From positions 25,384 to 89,383 of the IMG/VR virus record IMGVR_UViG_3300021387_000143: a stretch of DNA of 64,000 nucleotides, one strand, 5' to 3'. The position numbers were made by a program, and so were the translations under genes. Positions 9,794-18,935 of the stretch are shown here, piece by piece. Positions within the stretch are counted from its first letter, which is position 1, and each line of letters opens with the position of its first letter. The notes beneath the pieces were generated by a model that was given only the letters and a program-made list of their open reading frames with translations, had not been told where the DNA came from and ran no database searches. The DNA is from a virus (taxonomy: Duplodnaviria; Caudoviricetes).

Positions 9794-9801
9794 TACTTTT
9801 G
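9794..9801 (+). promoter_or_regulatory. Possible Bacteroidota -7 promoter element (TACTTTTG)
   Basis: Matches TAnnTTTG directly after the terminator; no TTTG -33 element at 19-21 nt. Confidence 0.35.
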
Positions 9802-9869
9802 TACCTGTAAATATATTTACATAAGTTTTTTCAACTCATTTTATTAACAAATAAAATAATTTTATAATT

Positions 9870-10433
9870 ATGGACGTTACTGATGGCGCAAATGGAAAGA
9901 GCTATGCTTCTAAAGGTGTTGGTGGCACCGCTCTTGGTTTAGGTATTGCAGGTACTGCTCTTGGTTTACTGAATGGTGGTCTTGGTTTATTTGGTTCTAA
10001 TAAGGGTGCTGACGCTGCTCAGACTCAAGAAATTTGGAACAAGATAGCAGACAATCGTTATGAAGCTCAGGGTAATCTTTATAACTATGCTCTTGCTAAA
10101 GCTGACCAAAGATTTATGGATGCTCAGTTTGTAAATGGTCAGATGTTTGGTATGTATAGAGATATGCGTGATAGAGACGATAGACTTCAGCGAGAGATTT
10201 GCAATTTAAAGACTCAGTTGGCTGTTGTTAGTGCAACTACTCCTCTTCAGATTGCAAATGCTTCTCAGGCTGCATCTTACCAAACTCAGCTTGAAGCTGC
10301 TAAGCGTGCTTACGGAGATGGTATTATTGTAACTTATGTCAATGGAGAGTTTATGCCTCTTGAAATTGCTAGCGTTACAACTGGAGACACTGCAACTGCT
10401 AAGCCGACTTTTAATCCTTTAGCTAATCTTTAA
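9870..10433 (+). CDS. Hypothetical protein with Gly/Ala-rich hydrophobic N-terminus (GVGGTALGLGIAGTALGLLNGGLG)
   Basis: 187 aa; MCP-like biased codon usage; first gene of a terminator-bounded unit. Confidence 0.75.
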   Translation: MDVTDGANGKSYASKGVGGTALGLGIAGTALGLLNGGLGLFGSNKGADAAQTQEIWNKIADNRYEAQGNLYNYALAKADQRFMDAQFVNGQMFGMYRDMRDRDDRLQREICNLKTQLAVVSATTPLQIANASQAASYQTQLEAAKRAYGDGIIVTYVNGEFMPLEIASVTTGDTATAKPTFNPLANL

Positions 10434-10457
10434 TTATTAACTCATAAATTGTAAGTT

Positions 10458-10916
10458 ATGTATCCTCTAAATCAATTCATAGTTAGTCCTAATCCTTTTG
10501 AGAATAACACTGATATTGAAAGTCAACTTAAAAAGCTTGAAGAATATAAAGCTCAATTAAGTGAACTTAATCAGAGAAGACAAAGGGAAACTATATGGGA
10601 CAAAATAGACAAAGAAGTGTCTAGTATGACTGATGTTCAAAAACAAAAGTTAATTGCTAATCAAGATTATGCAGCCAATGCAACTAAATTGCAAGCTATT
10701 GTTCAAGAAGAATTATTGAAACTAGTTAGAGATAAAATTGAAAACACTGCCAATGGTAAGGCTCTTCTTGAAAATCAACTTGATTTAGTTAAGAAACTAA
10801 AAGAACAAATTATAAATGATACAAACAGAGAAATGGATTTATTTAATAGATTTAGAGAATATAGTAAAATGAATCCTAACATAACTTATGATGAATTTTT
10901 AAAGAATAACTTATGA
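10458..10916 (+). CDS. Hypothetical Gln/Glu-rich coiled-coil protein
   Basis: 152-aa ORF. Confidence 0.7.
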   Translation: MYPLNQFIVSPNPFENNTDIESQLKKLEEYKAQLSELNQRRQRETIWDKIDKEVSSMTDVQKQKLIANQDYAANATKLQAIVQEELLKLVRDKIENTANGKALLENQLDLVKKLKEQIINDTNREMDLFNRFREYSKMNPNITYDEFLKNNL

Positions 10917-11287
10917 TTAACATTGATATAATTAGTGATAAGCTAATCCAATTTTTAAATAGTGAGATTAGTAATATTGCAGGAAATCATCCAGCTATAG
11001 CATTTTTTAGACCATTAATTAGTAGGATACTTAATAATAATGTAGACAAAATTACTAATGTAATTAGACTTATTGCAGACGAAAATGGTAATGTAGATAT
11101 TATTCCTTTGCTTAATGATATGACTAAATCATTAATGGAAACAAGACCATTTATTATAGATACTGGTATATTAGGAGATGTAGAGATTGGTAATGGTCAA
11201 ATTAAACTTAAAGTTCCTATGATTGATAAGACTATTAGTCTTACAATGCAAGATATAAATAAGTTTAGACAAATGCTAACTATGTGA
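10913..11287 (+). CDS. Hypothetical protein
   Basis: 124-aa ORF with ATGA overlap. Confidence 0.7.
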   Translation: MINIDIISDKLIQFLNSEISNIAGNHPAIAFFRPLISRILNNNVDKITNVIRLIADENGNVDIIPLLNDMTKSLMETRPFIIDTGILGDVEIGNGQIKLKVPMIDKTISLTMQDINKFRQMLTM

Positions 11288-11288
11288 A

Positions 11289-11320
11289 AATGGGGGAGTT
11301 ATACACTCCCTCATTTTTTT
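11289..11320 (+). terminator. Rho-independent terminator
   Basis: ATGGGGGAGT / ACTCCCTCAT stem (one G-U pair), 5-nt loop, T-run. Confidence 0.85.
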
Positions 11321-11358
11321 TATATATTTTTAACTACTTATATAATATAAATAAGGAC

Positions 11359-11366
11359 TATATTTG
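11359..11366 (+). promoter_or_regulatory. Possible Bacteroidota -7 promoter element (TATATTTG)
   Basis: TAnnTTTG match after the terminator and before the ATG at 11433; no -33 match. Confidence 0.35.
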
Positions 11367-11432
11367 AACGGTTAATTAAAGAAGTTAGTTTAAATGCTAT
11401 TAATTATGTTTAATAAGCTAATAAAGTTTATT

Positions 11433-11900
11433 ATGAATATAACAAAATTTCATAAAATTCCTATAGATAATAAACATGATTCTGACGATATTGTTTTTCC
11501 TAAAATAGGTTTACTATATAATCTAGGAAATCAAATAGTTTTATTTAGATTTCCTGATGATGATAGAAATTTTCCTGCAAGTGCTTTTGGTGTAACTATT
11601 GAAGATTTTAGTCCTAATGCTAAAATACTTTTTAATGGAACATTTGATGGAAGTAATTATGTTGATAATAATAGAGGTAAATCTATATCAGAATTAAAAT
11701 TAGAAATTTCTAAAGATGATACTAATATAAAGTTATTTGGTGATATTAATGGAGAACCGATTTCTGCATTATTGGGTGTAAGTTCAGAAACACCTATTCC
11801 TATAGCAGGAAGTGTAATAGGTAATGTAGATGGTAATTTTAAGTTTGTAGCTATAATGAATGAAACATATGGCTATGGTTATTATTCAGAAATTAATTAA
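11433..11900 (+). CDS. Small accessory protein, pair 1A (MNITKFHKIP...)
   Basis: ATG at 11433 chosen because the N-terminus matches the next gene. Confidence 0.65.
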   Translation: MNITKFHKIPIDNKHDSDDIVFPKIGLLYNLGNQIVLFRFPDDDRNFPASAFGVTIEDFSPNAKILFNGTFDGSNYVDNNRGKSISELKLEISKDDTNIKLFGDINGEPISALLGVSSETPIPIAGSVIGNVDGNFKFVAIMNETYGYGYYSEIN

Positions 11901-11919
11901 TCAATTAATTAAATGACTT

Positions 11920-12438
11920 ATGAATTTAACAAAATTCACAAAAGTTCCTACAAATGGTGATTCTTCAAATCCTTTGTATGGAATTATATGGCAACCAACA
12001 AATAGATTATTGATATATAAACCTAATGACCCAAAAAATCCTTTTGGTGAAATGTTAGCAGTTTTAGATGATGAAGAACCTACATTTAATAAAATGATAT
12101 TTGGTGGTCAATATAATGGTCCAGATATTGGTTATAAAGATTTAAATACAGGGAAAACTATAATAATGCCTATTTTAGAGTTTTGTGATATTGCTAGTGG
12201 TGTACCTAGTACAATTCAAGATACAGATATATTAAATACAACTGACCTTACTCAATTTTTAAATTCAATAGGTATAGGTGAAGGAAGCACTATATTAGTT
12301 CTTCGTCAAGGAAATGGTTCATCTGAATTTGCATATATTCCTATAACCGATGTAAATAACAGTGATAATAATATAGGAATATATATAGAACATTATGATA
12401 ATGGTGGTGGCGGTGGTACCAGAAGTGAAGCAAAATGA
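11920..12438 (+). CDS. Small accessory protein, pair 1B (MNLTKFTKVP...)
   Basis: 172 aa; shares its leader with the previous gene. Confidence 0.65.
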   Translation: MNLTKFTKVPTNGDSSNPLYGIIWQPTNRLLIYKPNDPKNPFGEMLAVLDDEEPTFNKMIFGGQYNGPDIGYKDLNTGKTIIMPILEFCDIASGVPSTIQDTDILNTTDLTQFLNSIGIGEGSTILVLRQGNGSSEFAYIPITDVNNSDNNIGIYIEHYDNGGGGGTRSEAK

Positions 12439-12758
12439 TTAATCAAGCAATAGAAACAACTTTAGCAAGTTTTGATTTTGCATTTTGTATAGTTGTAAAT
12501 GTTTTAACTTATCTAATTATACAATTATGTAATTTCATAAATTATAAATTAGTCAATAACCCAACTAAAAAAAGAATAATTCTTTTACTTTGTGTTATAA
12601 TAGTTAGTATAATATATTATATAATAGGTTCAGATATAAAACTTATAATTAATAGTGCAGTTCTTGCACCAGTGTTTTGGAGTTGGGTTATAAAACCTGT
12701 TCTTGCTAAATTTGATTTAGATTATTTCAAATATAATGACTATGATATATTTAAATGA
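12435..12758 (+). CDS. Putative holin (3 TM)
   Basis: 107 aa, three hydrophobic helices, charged C-terminus. Confidence 0.5.
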   Translation: MINQAIETTLASFDFAFCIVVNVLTYLIIQLCNFINYKLVNNPTKKRIILLLCVIIVSIIYYIIGSDIKLIINSAVLAPVFWSWVIKPVLAKFDLDYFKYNDYDIFK

Positions 12759-12940
12759 AAAGAATTAAATTATCATACATAAAGCAATTATTATCTTATA
12801 TCAAAAATATTAATTATGTTACATTCAAACATGGATTAATTATTGGTAGTAAAGATAATAATTGCTTTGAATATGTAATAATAAATAGTGGAAACATTAA
12901 TTATTTATTAATTGATTATAATGAGAGCAACATTAAATAA
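12755..12940 (+). CDS. Small hypothetical protein
   Basis: 61-aa ORF coupled to its neighbours. Confidence 0.5.
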   Translation: MKRIKLSYIKQLLSYIKNINYVTFKHGLIIGSKDNNCFEYVIINSGNINYLLIDYNESNIK

Positions 12941-14385
12941 ATATAAAAGGATAAAAGGAATTAATAAAACTGTTCCTTTATATCCAAAAGATGAATCTAT
13001 AATAAAAACTACATATCAAAAATTAGTTAAACTTAGAGATGATGGCAAGTTGATTGTTGGTAAATTTTATCAAATTACTGATTATGTTTGTACAACGACT
13101 CAGGAAGAGACAAAAGCACGAAATAATCAGTTTGATATTATATTACCAGCAATATCTAAAAATAAACTTGCTGAAGAAGGATATGCAGCAGAACATGAAA
13201 TAGATGATGTATATGATGTAGAATTTTCAGATAATGTTATAAAAAAGTGCTATGTTAATAAAATACATACTTTAAATGATGGTACTGATATATATCACAT
13301 TGTAGATTGTAATACTTTACTCGGTTATCCAAAATCCATTAATAATATAGAATTTCTAGAAAATAAAAAAAATTAAAGTAACTGGTCTAAGTACAAACCT
13401 TAATAGAAAAATTATACGAAAATATTTTGATACTTCAAATCTATCTGCTTGGAAAGTATGGTATTGTTTGGATAATGATAATACTAGATTCTATTGGGCA
13501 GATACAGAAAATGGTAGGGGTGTGATTTATAGATTAATTGATGAATATAATAATGATTTACCATATGATTTTAAAAATATTTTATTTTTAAGATATATGG
13601 ATAACAATAATAAAGGAATATATACTACTCAAGGTGTAACTAGAGAAGAAATTTGGTGTTATACTTTTAGTATTTATAGTACTGGTGATTATGCTGTTGA
13701 TATTCTAACAGAAGGTGATATATGGGATTTAAGTATTTTTGGAAATATGTTAGTAAGTACTGATGTAGGTTGTGAAGAAGGTGTGATAGAGAATAAAATA
13801 GATCCTTGCATTGCATATTATGTAATAGGTGTTGATACGAGTCTAGATGTAGATCCAGGTGTAGATATTGTTAAACCTAGGTACGCTTTAGGAAATAATG
13901 TTATTTTAATGGTAGATTACGATTTCTCAGATAATGGTGGAATGGGTGTATGTTCATATAATAAAATAGGTAATAATTTTACATATAATACATTTAGTAG
14001 AATTTTTTCAGTTAGTAGTAATATTATAGGAAACTTATGTAGAAACAATGTATTTTCTGACTTTAATGATAATATTATAGGGAATAGCTTTAATAATAAT
14101 AATTTTAGAGAAACTTCTGTATATAGTGCTTTATTTGGTTCTCGTATAACAAATTTAACTATCTATAGTAATGTGAAATATGCTCAATATTTTATTATAG
14201 AAAGTTATATTCAACAAGTTACAATTCAAACTAGCAGCAGTGCAACTAGTAATACTATAAGTAATTTTACAATAACTTCTGGATTTGGAGCACGTGGAAA
14301 TAGTCAAATCATTAATCACGACCCTAGCAATAACAATAAACATACAACTTATGTTCCAACTGGTTCATCACAAATTGAAGTTTAA
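12921..14385 (+). pseudogene. Tail fibre-like gene split by a +1 frameshift in an A8 tract (track ORFs 12912..13376 and 13468..14385)
   Basis: Removing one A at 13365-13372 gives a continuous ~487-aa ORF reading ...FLENKKIKVTGLSTNLNRKIIRKYFDTSNLSAWKVWYCLDNDNTRFYWAD... The downstream frame is open only from 13360. The C-terminus has Asn-rich beta-helix-like repeats. Confidence 0.8.
13365..13372 (+). repeat. A8 homopolymer at the frameshift site
   Basis: GAAAAT AAAAAAAA TTAAAG seen directly. Confidence 0.9.
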
Positions 14386-14403
14386 AATATTAAAAACTAA
14401 ATT

Positions 14404-14820
14404 ATGAATAATTTTCTTAAATACCCTCAGGGGGGGGGAGGAGGTGGAGAAAACATTGATGTAACTCCACTAATAAATAAAGACAATCTAGTTAGTATTA
14501 CTGGTTATATTTATAGAGATGGTAAACCAGGGTTTTTTGTCAAATTATCTGAATTAAATAGTTCTAATAACTTTAGTAATGTAAATGAAAATCGTGATAT
14601 ACAGCCAACTGATTTAGAAGTAAAATTTAAAAATATATCATTTGTTATTCGTCCTCCACAGAATGATTCAGTAATTATGGGATTTAATAAAAGTCTTGAA
14701 GCAATTATTATGAGTGAAAATGATATTAGAATTTCTATTTTTGATTATACTGATGGTAAACAGGAAGAAACTATATTAGGAACATATTATTATGATAATA
14801 ACATTGAAGATATATCATAA
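14404..14820 (+). CDS. Small accessory protein, pair 2A (MNNFLKYPQGGGGGG...)
   Basis: 138-aa ORF with a G9 tract in codons 9-12. Confidence 0.65.
   Translation: MNNFLKYPQGGGGGGENIDVTPLINKDNLVSITGYIYRDGKPGFFVKLSELNSSNNFSNVNENRDIQPTDLEVKFKNISFVIRPPQNDSVIMGFNKSLEAIIMSENDIRISIFDYTDGKQEETILGTYYYDNNIEDIS
14430..14438 (+). repeat. G9 homopolymer tract
   Basis: CA GGGGGGGGG AGGAGG; the longest G-run I saw in this AT-rich window. Confidence 0.9.
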
Positions 14821-14859
14821 TACTAACTAGTAAACATTAATCTAGTTAATAACAAAACA

Positions 14860-15273
14860 ATGAATAATTTTTTTAAATATCCTACTGGAAGTTCAGGTTC
14901 TATGGAATTAGATTATGACAATATTATAGTGTCTACTTCTATGAATCCTGAAATAACATTTATTGCATTTAATATTCCATATAAAAATGGTGATAGCACA
15001 AATGGAATTTTTAAAGAAGGTGCAATGGTACATAAAAATAATATTTATATACTGATATTGCCAAAATTATCATTAAATAACGAAATACTAATGCCTAGGA
15101 TATGGGAAGGTAGAATGAAATATGTTATATACGAGAATGAAGAGCAATTCAATGAATATACTACTATTGATGAAATACTCCTTCAAAATGCAATTGATCC
15201 TACTGAGATATCTGGTGATGGAGATTTTGCTTTAATTAATGATATTCTCTATCATCGCAGAATGGCAGTTTAA
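14860..15273 (+). CDS. Small accessory protein, pair 2B (MNNFFKYPTGSSG...)
   Basis: 137 aa; first 8 codons are 22/24 nt identical to pair 2A. Confidence 0.65.
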   Translation: MNNFFKYPTGSSGSMELDYDNIIVSTSMNPEITFIAFNIPYKNGDSTNGIFKEGAMVHKNNIYILILPKLSLNNEILMPRIWEGRMKYVIYENEEQFNEYTTIDEILLQNAIDPTEISGDGDFALINDILYHRRMAV

Positions 15274-15289
15274 TTAAATATTTACAACA

Positions 15290-15799
15290 ATGAAAATAAC
15301 AGCTATAATAAATAAATTCAAGAATAAAGCATTAAGATATTATAGTAATACTAAAATAGATGTTATAGGTTTAGATATATTATATTATGTAACTACTACA
15401 TATACTTATAGTGGTATGGGTTTATATATAAATACTCCAACAAGAATAGAATCTAAATTTAGTACATTAGAAGAAATTGCAAATTCTTCTAATGACTGTT
15501 TAGTTATAGTATGTGCTGCACAAGGTGGTAGTAGTGATGGAAATTATCATCTTAGGTTACTTTTAAAAAATGAGTATTTTAGAAATAAAGGAAAAACAAT
15601 ATATTTAATTTTATGTAGACCACCAAAAAGCAATTATGATTGTAGAATTAGATGGAGTGATAATCCTGCTTATAGCTATACTATTGATAACGAAGAATTG
15701 TATAAATTTGAATATTATAAACCTGATATTGTAGGAAATGCAAAAGGTTTACTTACTAGGTTAAGTAATGGTCAAACTACTGAAATACAAGGTTTGTAA
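15290..15799 (+). CDS. Small accessory protein, pair 3A (MKITAIINKFKNK...)
   Basis: 169-aa ORF. Confidence 0.65.
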   Translation: MKITAIINKFKNKALRYYSNTKIDVIGLDILYYVTTTYTYSGMGLYINTPTRIESKFSTLEEIANSSNDCLVIVCAAQGGSSDGNYHLRLLLKNEYFRNKGKTIYLILCRPPKSNYDCRIRWSDNPAYSYTIDNEELYKFEYYKPDIVGNAKGLLTRLSNGQTTEIQGL

Positions 15800-15820
15800 T
15801 TTTAAATTAAATATATATAT

Positions 15821-16318
15821 ATGAAAACAACTACTATTTTAAGAGAAATAAAAAATAAATATTTTAAAAAGAATATTTTAGGATATTTATATGATAATTT
15901 AGAAAGTGAAGCATTATTTGATTTTCAAAAATTAGTATATTCTCAAAAATTTATTGTTAATAGAGATAGTTCTGGCAAGTATTATTATATTCCAAGTGGA
16001 AATAATTATGGACCAGAAATTAATGGACAATTTATTATATATTATTCTGAATCTTATTCTCATCGATTAGTTTTAAATAAAAATCTTATTTCTGAAAAAC
16101 CAGTAACTGTATATTTTACTATAGTATATGGTACAATTCAAACATCAATGGATGTTCTTATTAAAAATGATGATAACAGTGATTTTTATAAACTTGCTAA
16201 TATACAATCAAGTACTTTATATAAACTTGTAACAAATCCAAATTATAGCAGTGGTGATGTTGGAACTATAACAAATGTCCTTACTGGAGAAGAAATTAAA
16301 CTTATTATTCAAGAATAA
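15821..16318 (+). CDS. Small accessory protein, pair 3B (MKTTTILREIKNK...)
   Basis: 165 aa; similar leader and C-terminal G..T.(L)..G....I pattern to 3A. Confidence 0.65.
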   Translation: MKTTTILREIKNKYFKKNILGYLYDNLESEALFDFQKLVYSQKFIVNRDSSGKYYYIPSGNNYGPEINGQFIIYYSESYSHRLVLNKNLISEKPVTVYFTIVYGTIQTSMDVLIKNDDNSDFYKLANIQSSTLYKLVTNPNYSSGDVGTITNVLTGEEIKLIIQE

Positions 16319-16338
16319 ATATTTGTCTAAAATATTAA

Positions 16339-17091
16339 ATGCCAACACTTAATCAATTAACATCTGAAATTGCTCATAGTATTCAACAGCAAGATAATGT
16401 TGCTGCTAAAAGAGCAATAGCTTTGTCCATAATTCATAGTCGTAATCAACTAATTAGACATAGCTATGAAGGACATAATTATATTGATAGAGGGCTTCAA
16501 CAGAGATTCAGATGTGAATTAATTGATGTTCCAGATGGAGATTTACTTGGATTTAATAATTCTACTAAAATAAAGAGAACTAAAAATAAAGTTCCTAGAC
16601 CTGTAAGACTAACTAATAATTTACCTTTTAGTTCTGTTAGAACAATAGGTGTTGATAATCCTATTGAGATAGCATTTGTAAGAACTGCAACAAGTAAATA
16701 TTATGCTAATCTTCCAGGTTTTTGTCCTTCTGTAACATACGATTATCTTAATGATTATATTTATATAGATACAACTAAAAGCGATATACTTAAAGATTTA
16801 CAGTTTATAACTGTTGAAGCAGCATTTGAATATCCAAATTTAATATTAGACAATTTATGGCAAGATACTAAATTTGATGAAAATGGAATTGTAATTAATT
16901 CAGTAGAAGAATTAGATTTATATAATGGTATGACAGAGAAAATATCTGAGAAACTTATAGAACTTGAAGATAATGAGTTTCTTATTCCAGAAGATATGGT
17001 TAATGATATTAAGAAACTAGTATTGGAAACAATTAATGGTCAATTAGTTAAACAAACAAACGAAATACCTAGTCAATTAACAGCTCAATGA
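16339..17091 (+). CDS. Putative tail ring protein
   Basis: 250 aa; TLNQLTSEI N-terminus, YDYLNDYIYI and FLIPEDMVNDIK motifs; synteny in the crAss tail block. Confidence 0.55.
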   Translation: MPTLNQLTSEIAHSIQQQDNVAAKRAIALSIIHSRNQLIRHSYEGHNYIDRGLQQRFRCELIDVPDGDLLGFNNSTKIKRTKNKVPRPVRLTNNLPFSSVRTIGVDNPIEIAFVRTATSKYYANLPGFCPSVTYDYLNDYIYIDTTKSDILKDLQFITVEAAFEYPNLILDNLWQDTKFDENGIVINSVEELDLYNGMTEKISEKLIELEDNEFLIPEDMVNDIKKLVLETINGQLVKQTNEIPSQLTAQ

Positions 17092-18017
17092 CCTGTGATT
17101 TAAATCAAAAAGAATATTATTTTAATTTCATAAATAGAGCTAAAGTTGACAAATATAATTATAGTAATAAAGTAACTGAATTAACAGAAAGTATTAATGC
17201 TAGTAAATCATTGATAGTTGAAAATGTTGTTGCTATAGAAGCACTATTAGGAAAACCATTATCACCCCGTAGAGAGATAATAGACGAACTAGTAGATGCT
17301 GAAGAATCACTTTATCAACTAACAATGAGATGTCTTAGGGATAATGATAATCCTGATGATAGAAGACTACTTATAACTCTAGCTAGATATTGTAAGCTAA
17401 TTAAGTCACGAACTAATTATAATAAACTTCTTTCACTTTGTGATGATAGAGTTAACGTGACGTATGCTCAATATCGAGCTATACTTGAAACTTATTATGA
17501 AACAGTTAATCGTAATTTACTTCAAGGTTTTGGTTATAGGTATAACAATGGTCTTGGTGTTATTAGCATTAATAGATATAAACTTAGAGATGATGTAGGT
17601 AAAGTTGTAGATTTCTCTGCTACTCGTAAGGCTAAAAAAGAACTCTTAGATAAGGGGTTAAAGCCTTATGATAAAGCAGAGGCTAAATTATATGAAGAAA
17701 AAGGAATACCTTATGATGGTGTAGAATATGTCAAATATAGAAAAGGCTCTTATTATTATGAAATAACTTTATCTGATAGTAAAATTTATTCTTCTAGAAA
17801 TATTGAATTTTACAAAGATAAGAAATTAGGTAAGTTTAAAGGAATGAGTTATGAAGAACTTGCAGCTATTTGTAATACAGATGAAGAAGTTTATAATCTA
17901 CAAGTAGATACAACTGTTAAACTAAATGTCATTCTAATTAAACATCCAGAATATTATTATAAATTTATTCGTAATGTCGAAGAATCAAGGTACAAATATA
18001 GGAAGAATAATCGCTAA
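17088..18017 (+). CDS. Conserved crAss tail-block protein with possible IHF/HU-like domain
   Basis: 309 aa; YRYNNGLGVISINR...VDFSATRKAK resembles HU/IHF-like arm segments; synteny. Confidence 0.45.
   Translation: MTCDLNQKEYYFNFINRAKVDKYNYSNKVTELTESINASKSLIVENVVAIEALLGKPLSPRREIIDELVDAEESLYQLTMRCLRDNDNPDDRRLLITLARYCKLIKSRTNYNKLLSLCDDRVNVTYAQYRAILETYYETVNRNLLQGFGYRYNNGLGVISINRYKLRDDVGKVVDFSATRKAKKELLDKGLKPYDKAEAKLYEEKGIPYDGVEYVKYRKGSYYYEITLSDSKIYSSRNIEFYKDKKLGKFKGMSYEELAAICNTDEEVYNLQVDTTVKLNVILIKHPEYYYKFIRNVEESRYKYRKNNR
17263..17278 (-). repeat. Dispersed motif copy (ATCTCTCTACGGGGTG on -)
   Basis: CACCCCGTAGAGAGAT on +; encodes SPRRE. Confidence 0.65.
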
Positions 18018-18867
18018 GATTGATAATGATTTCAATCCTGATAATAGTGATTGGATTCCTAGAGTAGCAGCATGGGTATATGATGCTATGTCTATGCTTG
18101 ATTTATTAGAGGATGAAACTAAACGAATACCAATTCGTATAAATGATAGATTTGGAATTGCTGATTGTGATTTAGGATGTGATGATTTTAAGTTATATGA
18201 TAAGAATGGTTGTGAGATAGTAAAAGCAGAAGATAGTAAAAGTTGTGGTTGCGGAGCATCATCTCCCTCTACGGGGAGTTCTCAATGTGCTGAAATAGAT
18301 AGAATAGTAACTCCTCATACAGTTGTCCACACAGACGATAATATAACTCATCCAGTAAGTCAAGCAGTTTATCAACAAACAAAGTATCCTCCTAGATACA
18401 ATGTAGTTGAAGGTAATATTGGTAATCCCAATAATAACACTGAGCACAATTATGTTCGTATTGGCAGAAACCGATTAGAACTAAACTTTGATACTGATGT
18501 TGTTTATGCAGAAGTTAAATCTCTTAAAACTGAAACATATAATGGATGTGAATTTCCAGTAATTCCTGCCAATGGACTTCTAATTGAAGCTATTGGCTAT
18601 TATTGTATGTATAAGATGTTGACAAGAGGTTATAAACATCCTGTTATGAATCTTCAAGCTAGTCAATATGGTACTAATCCATTTTGGCTATGGACTCAAC
18701 TTAAAGACCAAGCAAAGAGAAGTGTTACTAATGGTAATACTAATGAAGATATAAATGATAGTGACTTATGGCAATCTGCATTTTACATTAATACTTTCGG
18801 TGGTTCTAAATCGACACAGAAGCCCGCTAGTGGGTCTAGTTCTTTAAGAAAATGTAATTGTGTATAG
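17974..18867 (+). CDS. Putative tail ring / tubular protein
   Basis: 297 aa; IIAKIDNDFNPDNSDWIPRVAAW and PVIPANGLLIEAIGYYCMYKML...HPV motifs; precedes the muzzle gene. Confidence 0.6.
   Translation: MSKNQGTNIGRIIAKIDNDFNPDNSDWIPRVAAWVYDAMSMLDLLEDETKRIPIRINDRFGIADCDLGCDDFKLYDKNGCEIVKAEDSKSCGCGASSPSTGSSQCAEIDRIVTPHTVVHTDDNITHPVSQAVYQQTKYPPRYNVVEGNIGNPNNNTEHNYVRIGRNRLELNFDTDVVYAEVKSLKTETYNGCEFPVIPANGLLIEAIGYYCMYKMLTRGYKHPVMNLQASQYGTNPFWLWTQLKDQAKRSVTNGNTNEDINDSDLWQSAFYINTFGGSKSTQKPASGSSSLRKCNCV
18263..18278 (+). repeat. Dispersed motif copy (CTCCCTCTACGGGGAG)
   Basis: Perfect CTCCC/GGGAG stem; encodes SPSTGS. Confidence 0.9.
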
Positions 18868-18935
18868 TTAATCAAGTTTAGGAATGACTTTCTTAAAACG
18901 CAAAAAAGTAAATAATTAATATTTTTCTATAGTAT

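Noticed and set aside
14422-14440. TACCCTCAGGGGGGGGGAG as a degenerate copy of the dispersed motif
   Set aside because: It shares CCCTC...GGGGAG but lacks the TACG core; treated as a poly-G tract only.
7000-16400. Diversity-generating retroelement acting on the fibre genes
   Set aside because: No reverse transcriptase and no template/variable repeat pair with adenine-specific mismatches seen in this window.
18800-18915. Readthrough of the TAG at 18865-18867 (frame stays open about 15 more codons)
   Set aside because: A short open stretch is expected by chance, and there is no other evidence for TAG recoding.
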